A stretch of 64,000 bases of DNA from Chiloscyllium plagiosum (lineage: Eukaryota), in NCBI RefSeq assembly GCF_004010195.1, contig NC_057719.1, positions 79,097,678 to 79,161,677 on the forward strand, written 5' to 3'. Shown in pieces: positions 37,860-50,790 of the stretch. Position 1 is the stretch's first letter, and every line of letters begins with the position of its first letter. Below the pieces are notes generated by a model, which was not told where the DNA came from, did no database searches, and worked only from the letters and a program-made list of their open reading frames with translations. The position numbers and the translations under genes are program-made.

Positions 37860-38030
37860 TCAGGATGATTCTTCCCCTCATCTTCAAATGGTGCCAGGGA
37901 ATCTTGCATGCCTACCTGAGAGAGCGAGCAGCACCTCAGTTTAATGTCTCATTTGATATACGGATCCTGTGACAATGCAGGGCTAACTTAGTACTGCCCT
38001 AAAGTGTCAGCCTGTATAATGGACTCAAGT
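37860..38030 (-). mobile_element. Deu-domain SINE fragment
   Basis: cctcagtttaatgtctcatt...gacaatgcag...agtactgccctaaagtgtcagcct. Confidence 0.6.
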
Positions 38031-38178
38031 CACTGATGTGGGACATAAATACGCAACACAGTAATGATAGCAGTAGACTAGACCCCAGCTGACATCAATG
38101 AAGGACAAAGATGGCCTTTCAAATGAAATCATGTGAAATGAGTCCAGCAAAGTCCCTGTCACATGTGCAACACATAAT

Positions 38179-38481
38179 GGGTGGCACAGTGGCTCAGTGG
38201 TTAGCACTGCTACCTCACAGCGCCAGAGACCCAGGCTCGACTCCAGCCTCGGGGGAATATCTGTGTGGAGTTTGCACGTTCTCCCAGTGTCTGCGTGGGT
38301 TTCCTCCAGTGCTCCAGTTTCCTCCCACAATCCAAAGATGGGCAGGTCAAGGTGAATTGGCCATAGTGTTAGGTGCTTTAGTCAGAGGGAAATGGGTCTG
38401 GGTGGGTTACTCTTTGGAGGGTCGGTGTGGACTTGTTGGGCTGAAGGGCCTGTTTCCACACTGTAGGGAATCTAATCTTAA
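38179..38481 (+). mobile_element. HE1-type SINE
   Basis: A/B boxes, body and ctgtagggaatctaatct tail. Confidence 0.9.
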
Positions 38482-38559
38482 AACATTGTGAACTGTTTTC
38501 AAAATTTGGTTATTATAATGATTAAGAAATAACCTTGAAAATCATTGGGAAATGAAGGG

Positions 38560-39270
38560 GACATAGAATCACAGGGCTGTACCAGCACAGAAACAGACCT
38601 TCGGTCCAACTCATCCATGCTTAGACAACTCAATCTGACCTAATCCTTTTTGCCAGTATTTGGTCCTTATCCATCGAATTCTTCCTATTCATATACCCAT
38701 CCAGATGCCTTTTAAATGTACTTGCACCAGCCTCTACAATTAGCTCTGGCAGCTCAATCCATACACGCACTGCGTGAAAAAGTTACCCTTCAGGTCCCCT
38801 TTAAATCTTTTTGCTCTCACCTTAAGCCTATGCCTTCTAATTTTGGACTCCCCTACCCTGGGTAAAAAAAGACCTCGGCTACTCACCCTCTCCATGCCCC
38901 TCATGATTCTCTAAACCTCCAGAAGTTCAGCCCTCAGCCTCTGATGCTGCAGGGAAAATATCTCCAGCCAATTCAGCCTCTCCCTACACCTGAAAGCCGC
39001 CAGTCCCAGGAACATCCTTGTAAATCTTTTCTGCAAACCTCTCAAATTTCAACAGCATCTTTCCTATAGAAGGGAGACTGGGCTTGTATGCAGTATTCTA
39101 AAAGAGGCCTAACCAATGTCCTGTACAGCCGTAATGTGACCACTCAACTCTTATATTCAATGCACTGACCAATAAAGGAAAGCACACCAAACCTATCTAT
39201 CCTATCTACCTGCGGCTCAAGGAACCGTGAACCTGCACTCCAAGGTCTGTTTATTCGGCCAAACTCCCCT
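38560..39270 (-). mobile_element. CR1 LINE 3' end
   Basis: Reverse complement of the 14506-15115 type sequence. Confidence 0.85.
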
Positions 39271-39826
39271 TGGATGACAGAACTCAATGTAAGGTTGAGG
39301 TAGCTCCAAACCAGCACTACACAAAGGTAACTCATCAGTGGTGTTCTCAGTGCGGGCGAGTTTCCAACTCTTCTGAGCAGCAACTGAAAGGAGTGAGATT
39401 GGGTTACAAAAAAATAATATCTGACCATCATAACGATGGCTGGTTGAGTGCCTCCAGAGACAGGCTGGCTGCAAGTAGTCTGTTGGAAACATTCAATTAT
39501 TCAGCACCCACTTATATCAGTTTTCTGAGGAGGAACAAGAGCAGCATATATTAAAAAAAATCCCAAAATGAGTCCTCATTAACCTGATCAGTAGGTGTGC
39601 GTCATTAACCGGCCAGTGATAGTTGCTGTTACACTGCTATTTGTTAGCTGCCTGGGTCAGACAGGGCGCCAGGGCATTTGACAAACTGAAATATGGACCC
39701 AGCAGATGGGAGTGAACACCTCTTAGCCAGTTCCCATCTGATACCAGCCCCATTTCCCATCGTCAAGGTGGGAAGCAAAGTGTAAGACATTCAGGGCATT
39801 GTGCTCTGGAAACCAGAAGACCACGT

Positions 39827-40140
39827 GGGCGGCACGGTGGCACAGTGGTTAGAACACTGCTGCCTCACAGCGCCAGAGACCTGGGTCCAATTCCCACCTC
39901 AGGCAACTGTCTGTGTGGAGTTTGCACGTTCTCTCCATGCCTGCGTGGGTTTCCTCCCACCGTCCAAAAATGTGCAGGTCAAGTGAATTGACCATGCTAA
40001 ATTGCCCGTAGGGTTCAGGGGTAAATGTAGGGGAATGGGTCTGGGTGGGTTGCTCTTTGAAGGGTCGGTGTGGACTTGTTGGGCTGACGGGCCTGTTTCC
40101 ACACTGTAAGTAATCTAAACTATCTATTTAAGTAATCTAA
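39827..40140 (+). mobile_element. HE1-type SINE
   Basis: gggcggcacggtggcacagtgg head and taatct tail. Confidence 0.9.
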
Positions 40141-41650
40141 CCATAAGATGTAGGAGCAGAATTAGGCCATTTGCTCTGCCGTTCGATCATGGATAATGTT
40201 TCTCAAGCCCATTCCCCTACATACTGCCATAGCCCTTGATCCCCTTACTGATCAAGAACCTTGATAAATCCATTCAATGATGTGGCCTCTACAGCTTTCC
40301 ACAGCAATGAGTTCCACGGATTAACCACCCACTGGCTGAAGAAATCCTCCTTATCTCAGTTCTAAAAGTTTGTCCCTTCACTCTGAGGCTGTGACCTTGG
40401 GTCCTATCTCTCCTAATAGCGTAAACATCTTCTCCACATCCACTCTATCCAATTCTCTCGGTAGTCTGTAAGTTTCAATCAGAAACCTTTCATCCATCTA
40501 AACTGCATCAAGTACAGACCCAGAGTCCTCAACCATGCCTCACATGACAAATCTTCCATCTCCAGAGTTAAAAAATCACACAACTCCAAGTTATAGCCCA
40601 ACAGGTTTATTTAGAAGTACTAGCTTTCGGAGCGCCACTCCTTCATCAGGTAGTTGTGCAGCAGGATCGTAAGACACAGAATTTATATCAAAAGATCTCA
40701 GAGTCATGCAACTGAAATGATATATTGAACAAACCTGTTAAGCTCCACAGCTACCTGATGAAGGAGCAGCGCTCGGAAAGCTAGTGCTTCCAAATAAACC
40801 TATTGGACTATAACCTGATGTTGTGCGATTTTTAACTTTGTCCACAGCAGCCCAACACCGGCACGTCCACATCATCTCCAGAATCATTCTTGTGAACCTC
40901 TTCTGAACCCCCTTCGAGGCCAGCATTTCCATCCTCAGATATGGGTCCCAAACTGCCTCACAATATTCCAAATGCTGTCTGACCGCAGCCTTATACAGCT
41001 TCAACAGGACGTCCCTGCTTTTGTATTCCAATCCTCTTGGAATGAATACTAACATTGCATTTGCCTTCTTAACTGCCAACTGACCCTGCATGTTAATGTT
41101 AGAAGAACTAGGACTTCATGTTTTAGATTTCTGAAGCCTTTCCCTGTTTGGAAAATAATCTTCACCTCTATTCTTCTGATAAAAGTGCATAACCTTGTGC
41201 TTTCCCACATTGTATTCCATTTGCCACTTCTTTGCCCTCTCTTGCAGCCTGTCCAAGCCTTTCTGCAATCTCCCTGCTTCCTCAACACCACCTGCTCCTC
41301 CACCTAGCTTTGTGTCATCTGCAAACTTAGCAATAAAGCCTTTGGTTTCTTTATCCCAGATTGTTAACATGTAATGTGAATAGTTGTGGTCCCAAGACTG
41401 ACCCCTGAGAACTCCACGAGTCATCGGCTGAAAAAGACTGCTTTATCCTCACTCTCTGCCTTTTGCCAGTCAGCCAATCCTCTATTCTTGCCCGTACTTA
41501 CCTCTGACGCCACGGGCTCTTATCTTATCTAGCAGCCTCCAGGGCGGCACTTTGTCAAATAGTGCACATCCACTGGCTCTCCTTTATCTAACTTGCTCAT
41601 TACCTCCTCGAAGAATCCTAACAGATTTGTCAGGCATGACCTCCCTTGAC
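40141..41650 (-). mobile_element. CR1 LINE RT to 3' end
   Basis: IAKFADDTKLGG, WQMEYNVGK, HLEYC. Confidence 0.9.
40567..40872. mobile_element. Fold-back Penelope terminal-repeat insertion
   Basis: ~95-bp inverted arms, each with a ctgatga..gaaa motif; 10-bp TSD catctccaga at 40557-40566 and 40873-40882. Confidence 0.85.
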
Positions 41651-43667
41651 TCAGACCTAGAAATCTAAAGCAGATCTAAAATAGGTTGCATTGCCACTGC
41701 AGAGGCGGAGGAGATGGCTCAGTAAGGATGCTAGATGGACCTTCCTATGAGATCTAAAATAAGCTCCATCTTGGAGACTATGTGAATCATTGGGCTGAAA
41801 GGACAGTTGGGTGTGCAGCTGAAGAAAGCAATGATTACGGACTGACAGGGATTCAACCGCAATTCCATTGGGGAATATTCTAACCAGGTCCAGGAGATGT
41901 TTATTCCCGGCTTGTGTTCCCGCAGGTTACAGCCAAAATACCTCATGGCCAGAAAACTACTTTCGAAGCCCCTGTTGGAAAACAGGAAATGAGGCAGCCA
42001 AGTTGTGAACTGGAAAGTCCCACAAAGCAGGGAATTTTACAGAGCAGCCCACCCACCAGTGGAACAGGTCTCTGTCGTGTTGACACTCTGCAAGAGCTTG
42101 CATTCCCTTTGCTTCACCCCATCAACGTCTCCTTCCCCTCATCAACATCGCTCACATATGGAAAAGAAGCAATCTAATGCTGCCATGTCAGTGTCAAGAC
42201 GGTCACCAAACAAACGACTAAAGTTAATGGGTGTAACAAAATAAGATGGTGTACATTAACGGTGGGGGGAATAAGTCACCATCAGGAGGGAGAATGCCCT
42301 TTCTCTTCTGCAAAATGGTGTTGCTGGGTCATATATGTTCAGCCACAAATGTCTCAATATCCCATCCAAAGGTCAACACCTCCAGCACGGTAGCACATCA
42401 CTGAGGCTGTCAGTTTTGGGCTTGGTTTACCTGCTGTAACTATGAGCAAGGGCAAAACTTCCTGAAGAGAGCCGCAGGGAATTTGCAGAAGTGATGTTGC
42501 AGCACCATCTGCTGGAGTCAGACCAGAACTACAGAGGCTTGCCTGATCTGGACCACACCATTGGCGAGCTAACAACAACTTGCTTTTACATCACAGCTTT
42601 AACACGGCAGCAACATCACAAGCTGTCAGTCTCCCGCTAAGAATGCACAGGAAGCTTCACAGAGAAACAGATGGTTGGCACATGATTATGCCAATTATTT
42701 GACTGAACTATAACTGTTACGCCATCCCTTCACCCAGCAACATATTTGCTAACAATTGATTTTCTTCCATTTACGTCAACAGCTTGTGTTAAAATAGCAC
42801 CAGTAATGCAGGAAAATATCCTGATCATGCTTTATTGGCACACAATCAGAAAACAGAGCGGGTATCGGAGGAATGATTTATAGTTTAACCAATCGAGATA
42901 GGTGGGTAGGTGCAAACGGTCTGAAGTTGACATTGTTAAACTTCAGAGGAGAATTCTCAGAGTGTTCTCAGGTATTGAGTAGCTTTGGCCTGGTGGAGAG
43001 GCAAGGGAAGCTGGGATTGTTACTGTTAAGGCAGAGATGGTGAAGGGGTGTTGATGCAGACATTCAACATTAAGAATAGGTTTTGAATGAGAAGTTTAAG
43101 GGAATAGAGGGGGAATGAGGGGAAATATATTTATACACTGGGCAGCATGTGCCCAGTCCCTAAATGACACTGGCACTGGTGGGAAAATTCAGGGAATTGT
43201 GTGAGATCAGCAGTGAGGAACTTCTTAGAAATTGAGATCAAAAGTCCTTTTTCAGGATTCAAGATGGCGCTGGAGGATGACGACTCTTTGCGAGCTCTCT
43301 CTCAGAGAACAAATCAAGTTTTCCAAATTTTTCAGCATTGAGCAGTGAAACAAGATTCTCAGCAAGGAAAAGCGAGACGCCTATTTGCATGCATCAGCAT
43401 GCATTAAGGTCTATTTAATAGCTCATCTCGCCTCATTCAGATACAGGTTCCTAAGCTCCCACGGGCCAGGTAGAAACTAGTTGACAACACACTTCCCAAT
43501 ATGAAAGTTAGAATAGTAACCTGGAGTCTCTAACTCATCTCTTGCTCTGCTGGCCCTCCATTTTGATTACCAGTCACCAAGATCTCAAGTCACGCACCCC
43601 TCATCTATTTACATACCAGCCTGACTGCATCATCTTGGCATCGCAAAGCAAATATATATTACATTGT

Positions 43668-45010
43668 ATTGAATTGAATTGAATTTATGGTCACGTGTAC
43701 CGAGGCACAGTGAAAAGCTCTGTCTTGCGAGCAATACAGACAGATCACAGAGTTATGTAGCATAGATTGTAAATAATAGGTAAACAGCGGCAAAAACAAA
43801 AACACAGCTACAGGCGAATATTAAGGGTTTGTGAGTCCATTCAGTATTCTAACATTAGTAAGGTAGAAACTGTTTTGAAACCGGCTGGTGCATGTGTTCA
43901 GGCTTCTGTACCTTCTCCCCAATGGTAGAGGTTGTAGAAAAAGATTGCCAGGGTGGGATGGATCTTTAAGAATGCTGGTGGCCTTTTCTCGACAGTGAGC
44001 CTGGTAAATGGATTCTTTAGATGGGAGGTTGGCCTTTGTGATTGTCTGGGCCAAGTTCACCACTCTCTGTAACCATCTCCGATCTTGAATGGTACAGTTG
44101 CCATACCAGGTAGTGATACATCCAGACAGATGGCACACTGATAAAATTGAGGTAAAAACAATGACTGCAGATGCTGGAAACCAGATTCTGGAGTAGAGTG
44201 GTGCTGGAAAAGCACAGCAGTTCAGGCAGCATCCAAGGAGCAGGAAAATCGACGTTTCAGTGCTGAGCTGGCAGGATGGAACTGGGGTGAGGTGGGGGAA
44301 GGGGAAATGAGGAAACGGGTGAAGTCCACATTGATGCCCTGGGGTTGAATAGTTCCGAGGCTGAAGATGAGGCGTTCTTCTTCCAGGTGTCTGGTGGTGA
44401 GGGAGCAGCGGTGAAGGAGGCCCAGGACCTCCATGTCCTCAGCTGAGTGGGAGGGAGAGTTGAAATGTTGGGCCACAGGGCGGTGTGGTTGATTGGTGCG
44501 GGTGTCCCAGAGATGTTCCCTAAAGCGCTCTGCTAGGAGACGTCCAGTCTCTCCAATGTAGAGGAGACCGCATCGGGAGCAACGGATACAATAAATGATG
44601 GCAAGAGTATTTGCTGTCATGCCAAATTTCCTCAGTTGCCTGAGGAAGAAGAGACGTTGTTGGGCCTTTGTAACCAGTGCATCCACATGAAGAGTCCAAG
44701 AAAGCTTATTGTGGATGACCACTCCCAGGAGCTTGACACTCTCCACTCGTTCCACCTCTGTGCTGTTAATGCACAAGGAGACATGAATAATATCCCGCCG
44801 AAAGTCAATAATAAGTTCCTTGGTTTTGCCGGCATTGAGAGCTAGGTTGTTCTCAGTACACCATTTTCTGGGCCTTCTACCTCCTGTCTGCAGTCCATTT
44901 CATCGCCATCTGAGATTTGATCAACTATAGTGGTGTCATCAGGGAACTTATAAATGGCATTAGTCTAGTATTTGGCAACACAGTCATGGATACACAGTGA
45001 GTACAGTATT
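43668..45010 (-). mobile_element. Rex1/Babar-type LINE 3' part, interrupted by a Penelope
   Basis: VESVKLLGV..LSWTLHVDALVTKAQQRLFFLRQLRKFG and CITTWYGNC..LQRVV; (attga)n tail at ~43668-43685. Confidence 0.85.
44135..44600 (-). mobile_element. Penelope GIY-YIG 3' end
   Basis: IIYCIRCSRCGLLYIGETGRLLAERFREH..HFNSPSH..EEERLIF. Confidence 0.9.
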
Positions 45011-45019
45011 CTGGATTAG

Positions 45020-47357
45020 AAGTCAGGTTCTAGGAAGAGGAAGAGCAAGCCATGATTAACCAGAGAATAGCATCAAATTGAAAGGAAAGCATACAATGTG
45101 TCAAAGATTATCATTAAGTAGAGGATTTGGAAAGTATTAAATACAAGCAAACTATTAAGGAAAAAAAGTAAAGGAGGATAAAGCTTAGGGGTAAATTTGC
45201 AAGTAATGTCAAGATGGACAGTAAGAGCTTCTTCAAAGATATAAAAAGGAAAAGAGAGGCCAAAGTGAGTATAGCTGCCTTAGAGAGTGAGGCTGAGGAA
45301 ATAACAATGGGGAAACAAGAAAAGGCAGAGCAGTTCAACAAATATAGTACATCAGCCGTTAAGGTAGAAGATACTAATAGCATTCCTAAAATATTAAATA
45401 ATTAAGGGCAAAAAGTCAAAGAGAAGATATTTACAATAACTATCAGTAGAGAAAAAAATACTAGGGAAACTAATGGGGCAAAAGACAGACAAGTCACTTG
45501 GTCTGATGGGATGCATCCTCAGATATAAAAGGAAGTAGCTATAGTGACAGCAATTGTTAGTATAATCTTCCAAGAGTCAATAGATTCTGGAAAAATCCCA
45601 GAGGACTGGAAAACTGCCAATGTAGGACTCTTACTCAAAAAAGGAAAGAAACAAAAATCAAGTAACAGTAGGATATTAAGCCTGACATCATCGGGAAAAT
45701 GTTGGAGTCAATTATAAAGGTTGTAATGGCAGAGCATTTAGAAATACATGATAACCAAGCCCAGCTTCATGAGAGGGGATCATGTCCGAAAAATATATTA
45801 GAAGTCTTTGATGAGGTAACAAACAGAATAGATAAAGAGGAAGCAGTAAATGTAATCTATGTAGGTATACAAAAGGAGTTTGATAAGGTATCACGCAAGG
45901 CTATTTAAGATAAGAATTCTTGGTGTTGGAAATTGAATGTTTGCATGGATAGAGGACTAGCTAACTAACAGAAGATAGATCTAGGGAATAAGGAAGGAAT
46001 TTTCAGGATGGCGACCTTTAACTGGTGGTCGGAGATCATGTTGCAGCTGTACAGGACATTGGTTAGGCCACATTTTGAATACTGTGTTCAATTCTGGTCT
46101 CCTTGCTTTAGGAAGGATGTTGTGAAACTTGAAAGGATTCAGAAAAGATTTACAAGGATGTTGCCGGGGTTGGAGGATTTGAGCTACAGGGAGAGGCTGA
46201 ACAGGCTGGGGCTGTGTTCCCTGGAGCGTTGGAGGCTGAGGGGTGACCTTATGGAGGTTTATAAAATTATGAGGGGCATGGATAGGGTAAATAGGCAAAG
46301 TCTTTTGCCCAGGAGGTAGGGGAGTCCAATACTAGATGACATAGGTTTAGGGTGAGAGGGGAAAGGGATCTAGGAGACAATATATTCACACAGAGGTTGG
46401 TGCACATATGGAATGAGCTGGTACAATTACAACATTTAAGAGGCATCTGGATGGAGAGGTTTTAAAGGGAATTGGGCCAAATACTTGCAAATAGGACTAG
46501 AATAAATTGATGAGTTGGACTGAAAGGTCTGTTTCCATGCTGTACAGCTCTATGACTCATTGAGTGCCTCAGGAATCAGTGCCGGGTCACAATTATTTAC
46601 AACATATATTAGTGACTTGGATGAGAAAAGTACTTCGTCCAAGTTTGAGGAAGACGCAAAAAATAAATGGAAAAGCGAATGATCAGGATGGCACACGAAG
46701 TCTGCAGAGGAATACAGACAGGTTACGTGAGTGGGCAAAAAAGCTATATTGTGGAAAAATGTGAGGTTCTACACTTTGGCCGGAAAGAGAATGTTATTTA
46801 AGAGCTGCAGTCAAAGGGATTTTGGTGTTTTTGTGCATAAAGTTACAAAAACCCAGTGTACAAGTTCAACAGGCAAGCAGGAAGGAAAGAGAAATGACAA
46901 CCTTTATTTCGAAGTGAGTGGAATTTAACAATAGGAGAACCTTGTTCGAACTAGATAGATCACAGCTGGAATACAGCGAATGCTTCTGGTCCTCCTATCT
47001 ACGGGAAGATGTATTGACTTTGGAGGCAGTCCAGAGAAGGTTCAGAGTCATTTGCCAGAACTAGAGGGCATAGGTTTAGGGTGAGAGGGAAAAGATTTAA
47101 AAGGGACCTAAGAGGTAAACTTTTCACACAGAGGGTGGTACGTGTATGGAGTGAGTTGCCAGAGGAATTGGCGGAGGCTGGTACAATTGCAACATTTAAA
47201 AGGCAGCTGGACGGGTATATGTATAGGAAGGGTTTGGAGGGATATGGGCCAAGTGCTGGCAGGTGGGACTAGATTGGGTTGGGATATCTGGTCGGCATGG
47301 ACGGGTTGGACCGAGGAATGTGTTTCTGTGCTGTACATCTCTATGACTCTATGACTC
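45020..47357 (+). mobile_element. Old CR1 ORF2 with younger CR1 3' ends nested (~46030-46560, ~47055-47357)
   Basis: DSKSFFKDIK, PEDWKTANV, HFEYCVQFWSP; two separate CR1 tails. Confidence 0.85.
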
Positions 47358-47684
47358 TCCACATGCAGCAGAGTCCTTTCATCGTGCTGCACGTAGACAA
47401 TGAGGATGAAATGTCTGCCACCACGCCCAGTGTGGACGGGGTAAGCGTTTACTCTTTGGGCGGATAGGCCTTCAATTCTGTTCAATGGGAGGCCCTCCAA
47501 AGGGAAACAGCACAGATACGGTATGAATGAGAGAACCCACAATCACAAAATGCTGCAGACATTGATCTCCGGTGTGGGGACCGAATCCTGGACCCAGTCA
47601 CTCTTCACCACATTGCGCAGCATCAGGAAGCAATCCCACTTATGGCACTGTTTTGCAGCTCAGAAAGATTGATCCCGATTTAAA

Positions 47685-47985
47685 ACCATAGAATTCCTGC
47701 AGTGTGGAAGCAGGCCATTCGGTCCATTCAGTCCCCAAAGACCATCCCACCCAATCCCTGTGTCCCTGCGTTTCCCATGGCTAATCCACCTGACCTGCAC
47801 AGCCCTGGGCACTGTAGGGCATGTTAGCATAGCCAATTCACCTTACCTGCTCATCCGAAGGAAACCCTCACAGACATGGGGAGAATGTGCAAACTCCACA
47901 CAGGCAGTCGCCCGAGGCCAGAATCGAACCTTGGTTGCTGGCGCTGTGAGGCAGCAGTGCTAACCACTGAACCACCGCGCCACCC
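47685..47985 (-). mobile_element. HE1-type SINE
   Basis: Reverse tRNA head ending cagtgctaaccactgaaccaccgcgccaccc. Confidence 0.85.
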
Positions 47986-48104
47986 TTACAAAGCAGCAAT
48001 CACTTTCCCATGGCCCATACGTGGTGCAGGAGCTGCTTACCTCACATGTTGGACCTCATGTAGCATTAAGGATAGTGAGGCATTGTGCTTTCATTGTATT
48101 TTTA

Positions 48105-50790
48105 GAGGGGAGGCAATGGCCCAGTGGTATTATTGCTAGGCTATTAATCCAGAAACTCAGTGAACGTTTGGGGGACCTGGGTTTGTATCTCACCATATTA
48201 GATGGTTGAATTTGAATGCAATTAAATTATCTGGAATTAAGAATCTACTGAAGACAACAAAACCATTGTTGGAAAAACCCATCTCGCTGATGTCGTTCAG
48301 GGAGGGAAATCTGCCATTCTCACCTGGTCTGGCCCTCATGTGAGGAGAAAGTGAGGGCTGCAGATGCTAGGTCAGGCAGCATCCAAGGAACAGGAGAATC
48401 GACGTTTCGGGCATAAGCCCTTCTTAAGGAATCATGTGACTCCAGGCCCACAGCAATATGGTTAACTCTGAAATGGTCTATCAACCTACTCAGTCATATC
48501 AATCATTATGAAGTCTTAAGAAAGATATGAAACCAGATGGGCCACCTAACATTGACCTAGGCACTGGAAAAGACAACAGAAGCAGCCCTGCAAAGTCCCC
48601 CTTACTAACACCTGGGGACGAATAGCAAATGAGGAGAGCTGTCTTACGAACTAGTCAAACTATAGCCTGACATCGTCATACTCACAGAATCAGACCTGAC
48701 AATATCCCAAACACCACCATCACTTTACCCAGAATATGTCCTGTCACACCGGCAGGACAGACCCAGCAGAGGTGCTGGCACAGTGGGAGTTTCCTTCAGA
48801 ATTTCCACAATATTGACACCAGAACCCATAAAGTCTCATGGCTACAGGTTAAACACAGGCAAAGAAACCTGTGGACTATCATGTACCGCCCTCCCTCAGC
48901 CGATGAATGAATACTCCTCCATGTTGAGCAACAAGTGGAGGAAGCACTGAGGATGGCAAGGGCAGAAAATGAACTCTGGGTGGGGGATTTCAATGCCCAG
49001 CACAAAAGGTGGTTCGGCGGCAGTACTACAGATCGAGTTGGTCAGGTCCAAAAGGACATAGCTGCTAGACTGGGGTTGGCAGCAGGTAGTGAGGGAACCA
49101 ACAAGAGAGAAAAACATACTTGACCTCATCCTTACCAATCTGCCAGCTGCAGATGAATCTGTCCACGACAGTACCAGCCAGAGTAACCATCACACAGTCC
49201 TTGTGGAGACAAAAACCCCATCTTCACATTGAGAATAACCTCCAATGTGCTGTATGGCACTATCACCGTACTAAATGCAACAGACTTCAAACAGATATAG
49301 CATCTCAAGACCGGGCATCCAAGAGGTACTGTGTGTCAGCAGCAGAATTGTACTCCAATTGTACATCTGCAACCACATGGCCCGGCACACTCCCCCCTCA
49401 ACCAGACTGGTACCAAAACTAAAATCACATGAGATTTGGGGTGGGCTGGCTAGATGAATACAAAACTTGGCTTGGTCATAGAAGTCAGAGGGTAGCAGTG
49501 GAAGAGTGTTGCTCAGAATAGAGAGCAGTAATGAGCGGTGCTCCACAATGAACAGTATTAGGTCCTCTGTTGTTTATAGTATATATAAATGATCTGAAGG
49601 AAAATGTGTGTGACCTGATTAGTTTGTTTGCAGATGACACAAAGATTGGTGAAGTTGCTGATAGTGTCGACGATTGTGAAAGGATACAACAGGATACAGT
49701 TAGATTGGTAACAGAAATGGCAGCTGGAGTTAAATGCGAGGTGATGCATTTTGGAGGATCAAGTTTAGGTGTGAATTACACTGGAAATGGCAGAACCCTT
49801 AGGAACATTAACATACAGACAGATCTGGGCATGCAGGTGCACAGTTCCCTAGGAGTGGCAAGGTCATTAAGAAGGCTTGTGACATAATTACCTATATCAG
49901 CTGGGGCATGGAGTACATGAGTTGGCAAACTATGTTGCAGCAATATGAAACCTTGTCAGGCTGTATTTGGAGTATTATGTGCAATTTTGGTCATGGAAAC
50001 TTTGGAGAGAGTGGCAGAGAAGGCTCACTGGGAGGTTACCAGGTCTTGAGGCTATTGGCCATGAGGAAAGGTTAAAAAGACTAGGATTGTTTTCACTGGA
50101 AAGACTGCGGCTGAGAGGAGACCTGATAGAGGTATACAAAATTCTAAGAGACATAGATAGGGTGCATGGTCACAGGCTTTTTCCCAGGGTGGAAGTTTCA
50201 ATTACAAGGGGTCACAGGTTTAAGGTGAGAGGGGGAAAGTTTAAAGGAGGTGAGTGAGGGCAAGTTGTTACACAGAGGGTGGGAGGAGCCTGGAACACAT
50301 TGCCATTAGAGGTGGTGGAAGCAGGCACGTTGGCATCATTTAAGAGGCATCTGGATACAGAGGGAATATAGGGAAACAGACTGAGTAAGGGCAGAAGATT
50401 TTGTTTTTTAGTTTAGTCAGGGCATGATGATTGGCACAGGCTTGGAGGGCTGAAGGGCCTGTTCCTGTGCTGTACTTCTCTTCTGTTTTTATTCTCTTAC
50501 CATCAAGCAAGGGGATCAACTCTGCTTCAATGGAGAGTGCAGGAGGGCATACCAGTAGCAGCACCAAGCATACTTAAAAGTGAGATGCCAGTCTGGTGAA
50601 GCTACCAGACAGGACTACGTGCAAACGAACAGCATAAGCAGCAAGTGACAGAGCTAAAACGATCTCACAATCTAAGTCCTGCCACATCCAGTCATGAATG
50701 GTGGTGGACAACTAAACAACTCACTGAGGAGGAAGTTCCACAAATGTCCCTATCCTCAATGTTGGATGGGCCCAGGAGATTAGTGCTCTC
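48105..50790 (+). mobile_element. Decayed LINE 5' part (APE endonuclease) with a tRNA-like head, interrupted by a CR1
   Basis: tggcccagtgg A box; IVILTES, RQDRPSRG, GDFNAQHKRW and EPTREKNILDLILTN motifs; sequence resumes after 50490. Confidence 0.7.
49410..50490 (+). mobile_element. CR1 LINE RT to 3' end
   Basis: YINDL..FADDTKIG, CEVMHFG, TRGHRFKVRG. Confidence 0.9.

Noticed and set aside
43260..43270. YY1-like CAAGATGGCG motif as a promoter
   Set aside because: Isolated motif with no CpG island or exon; could be the 5' end of an old LINE.
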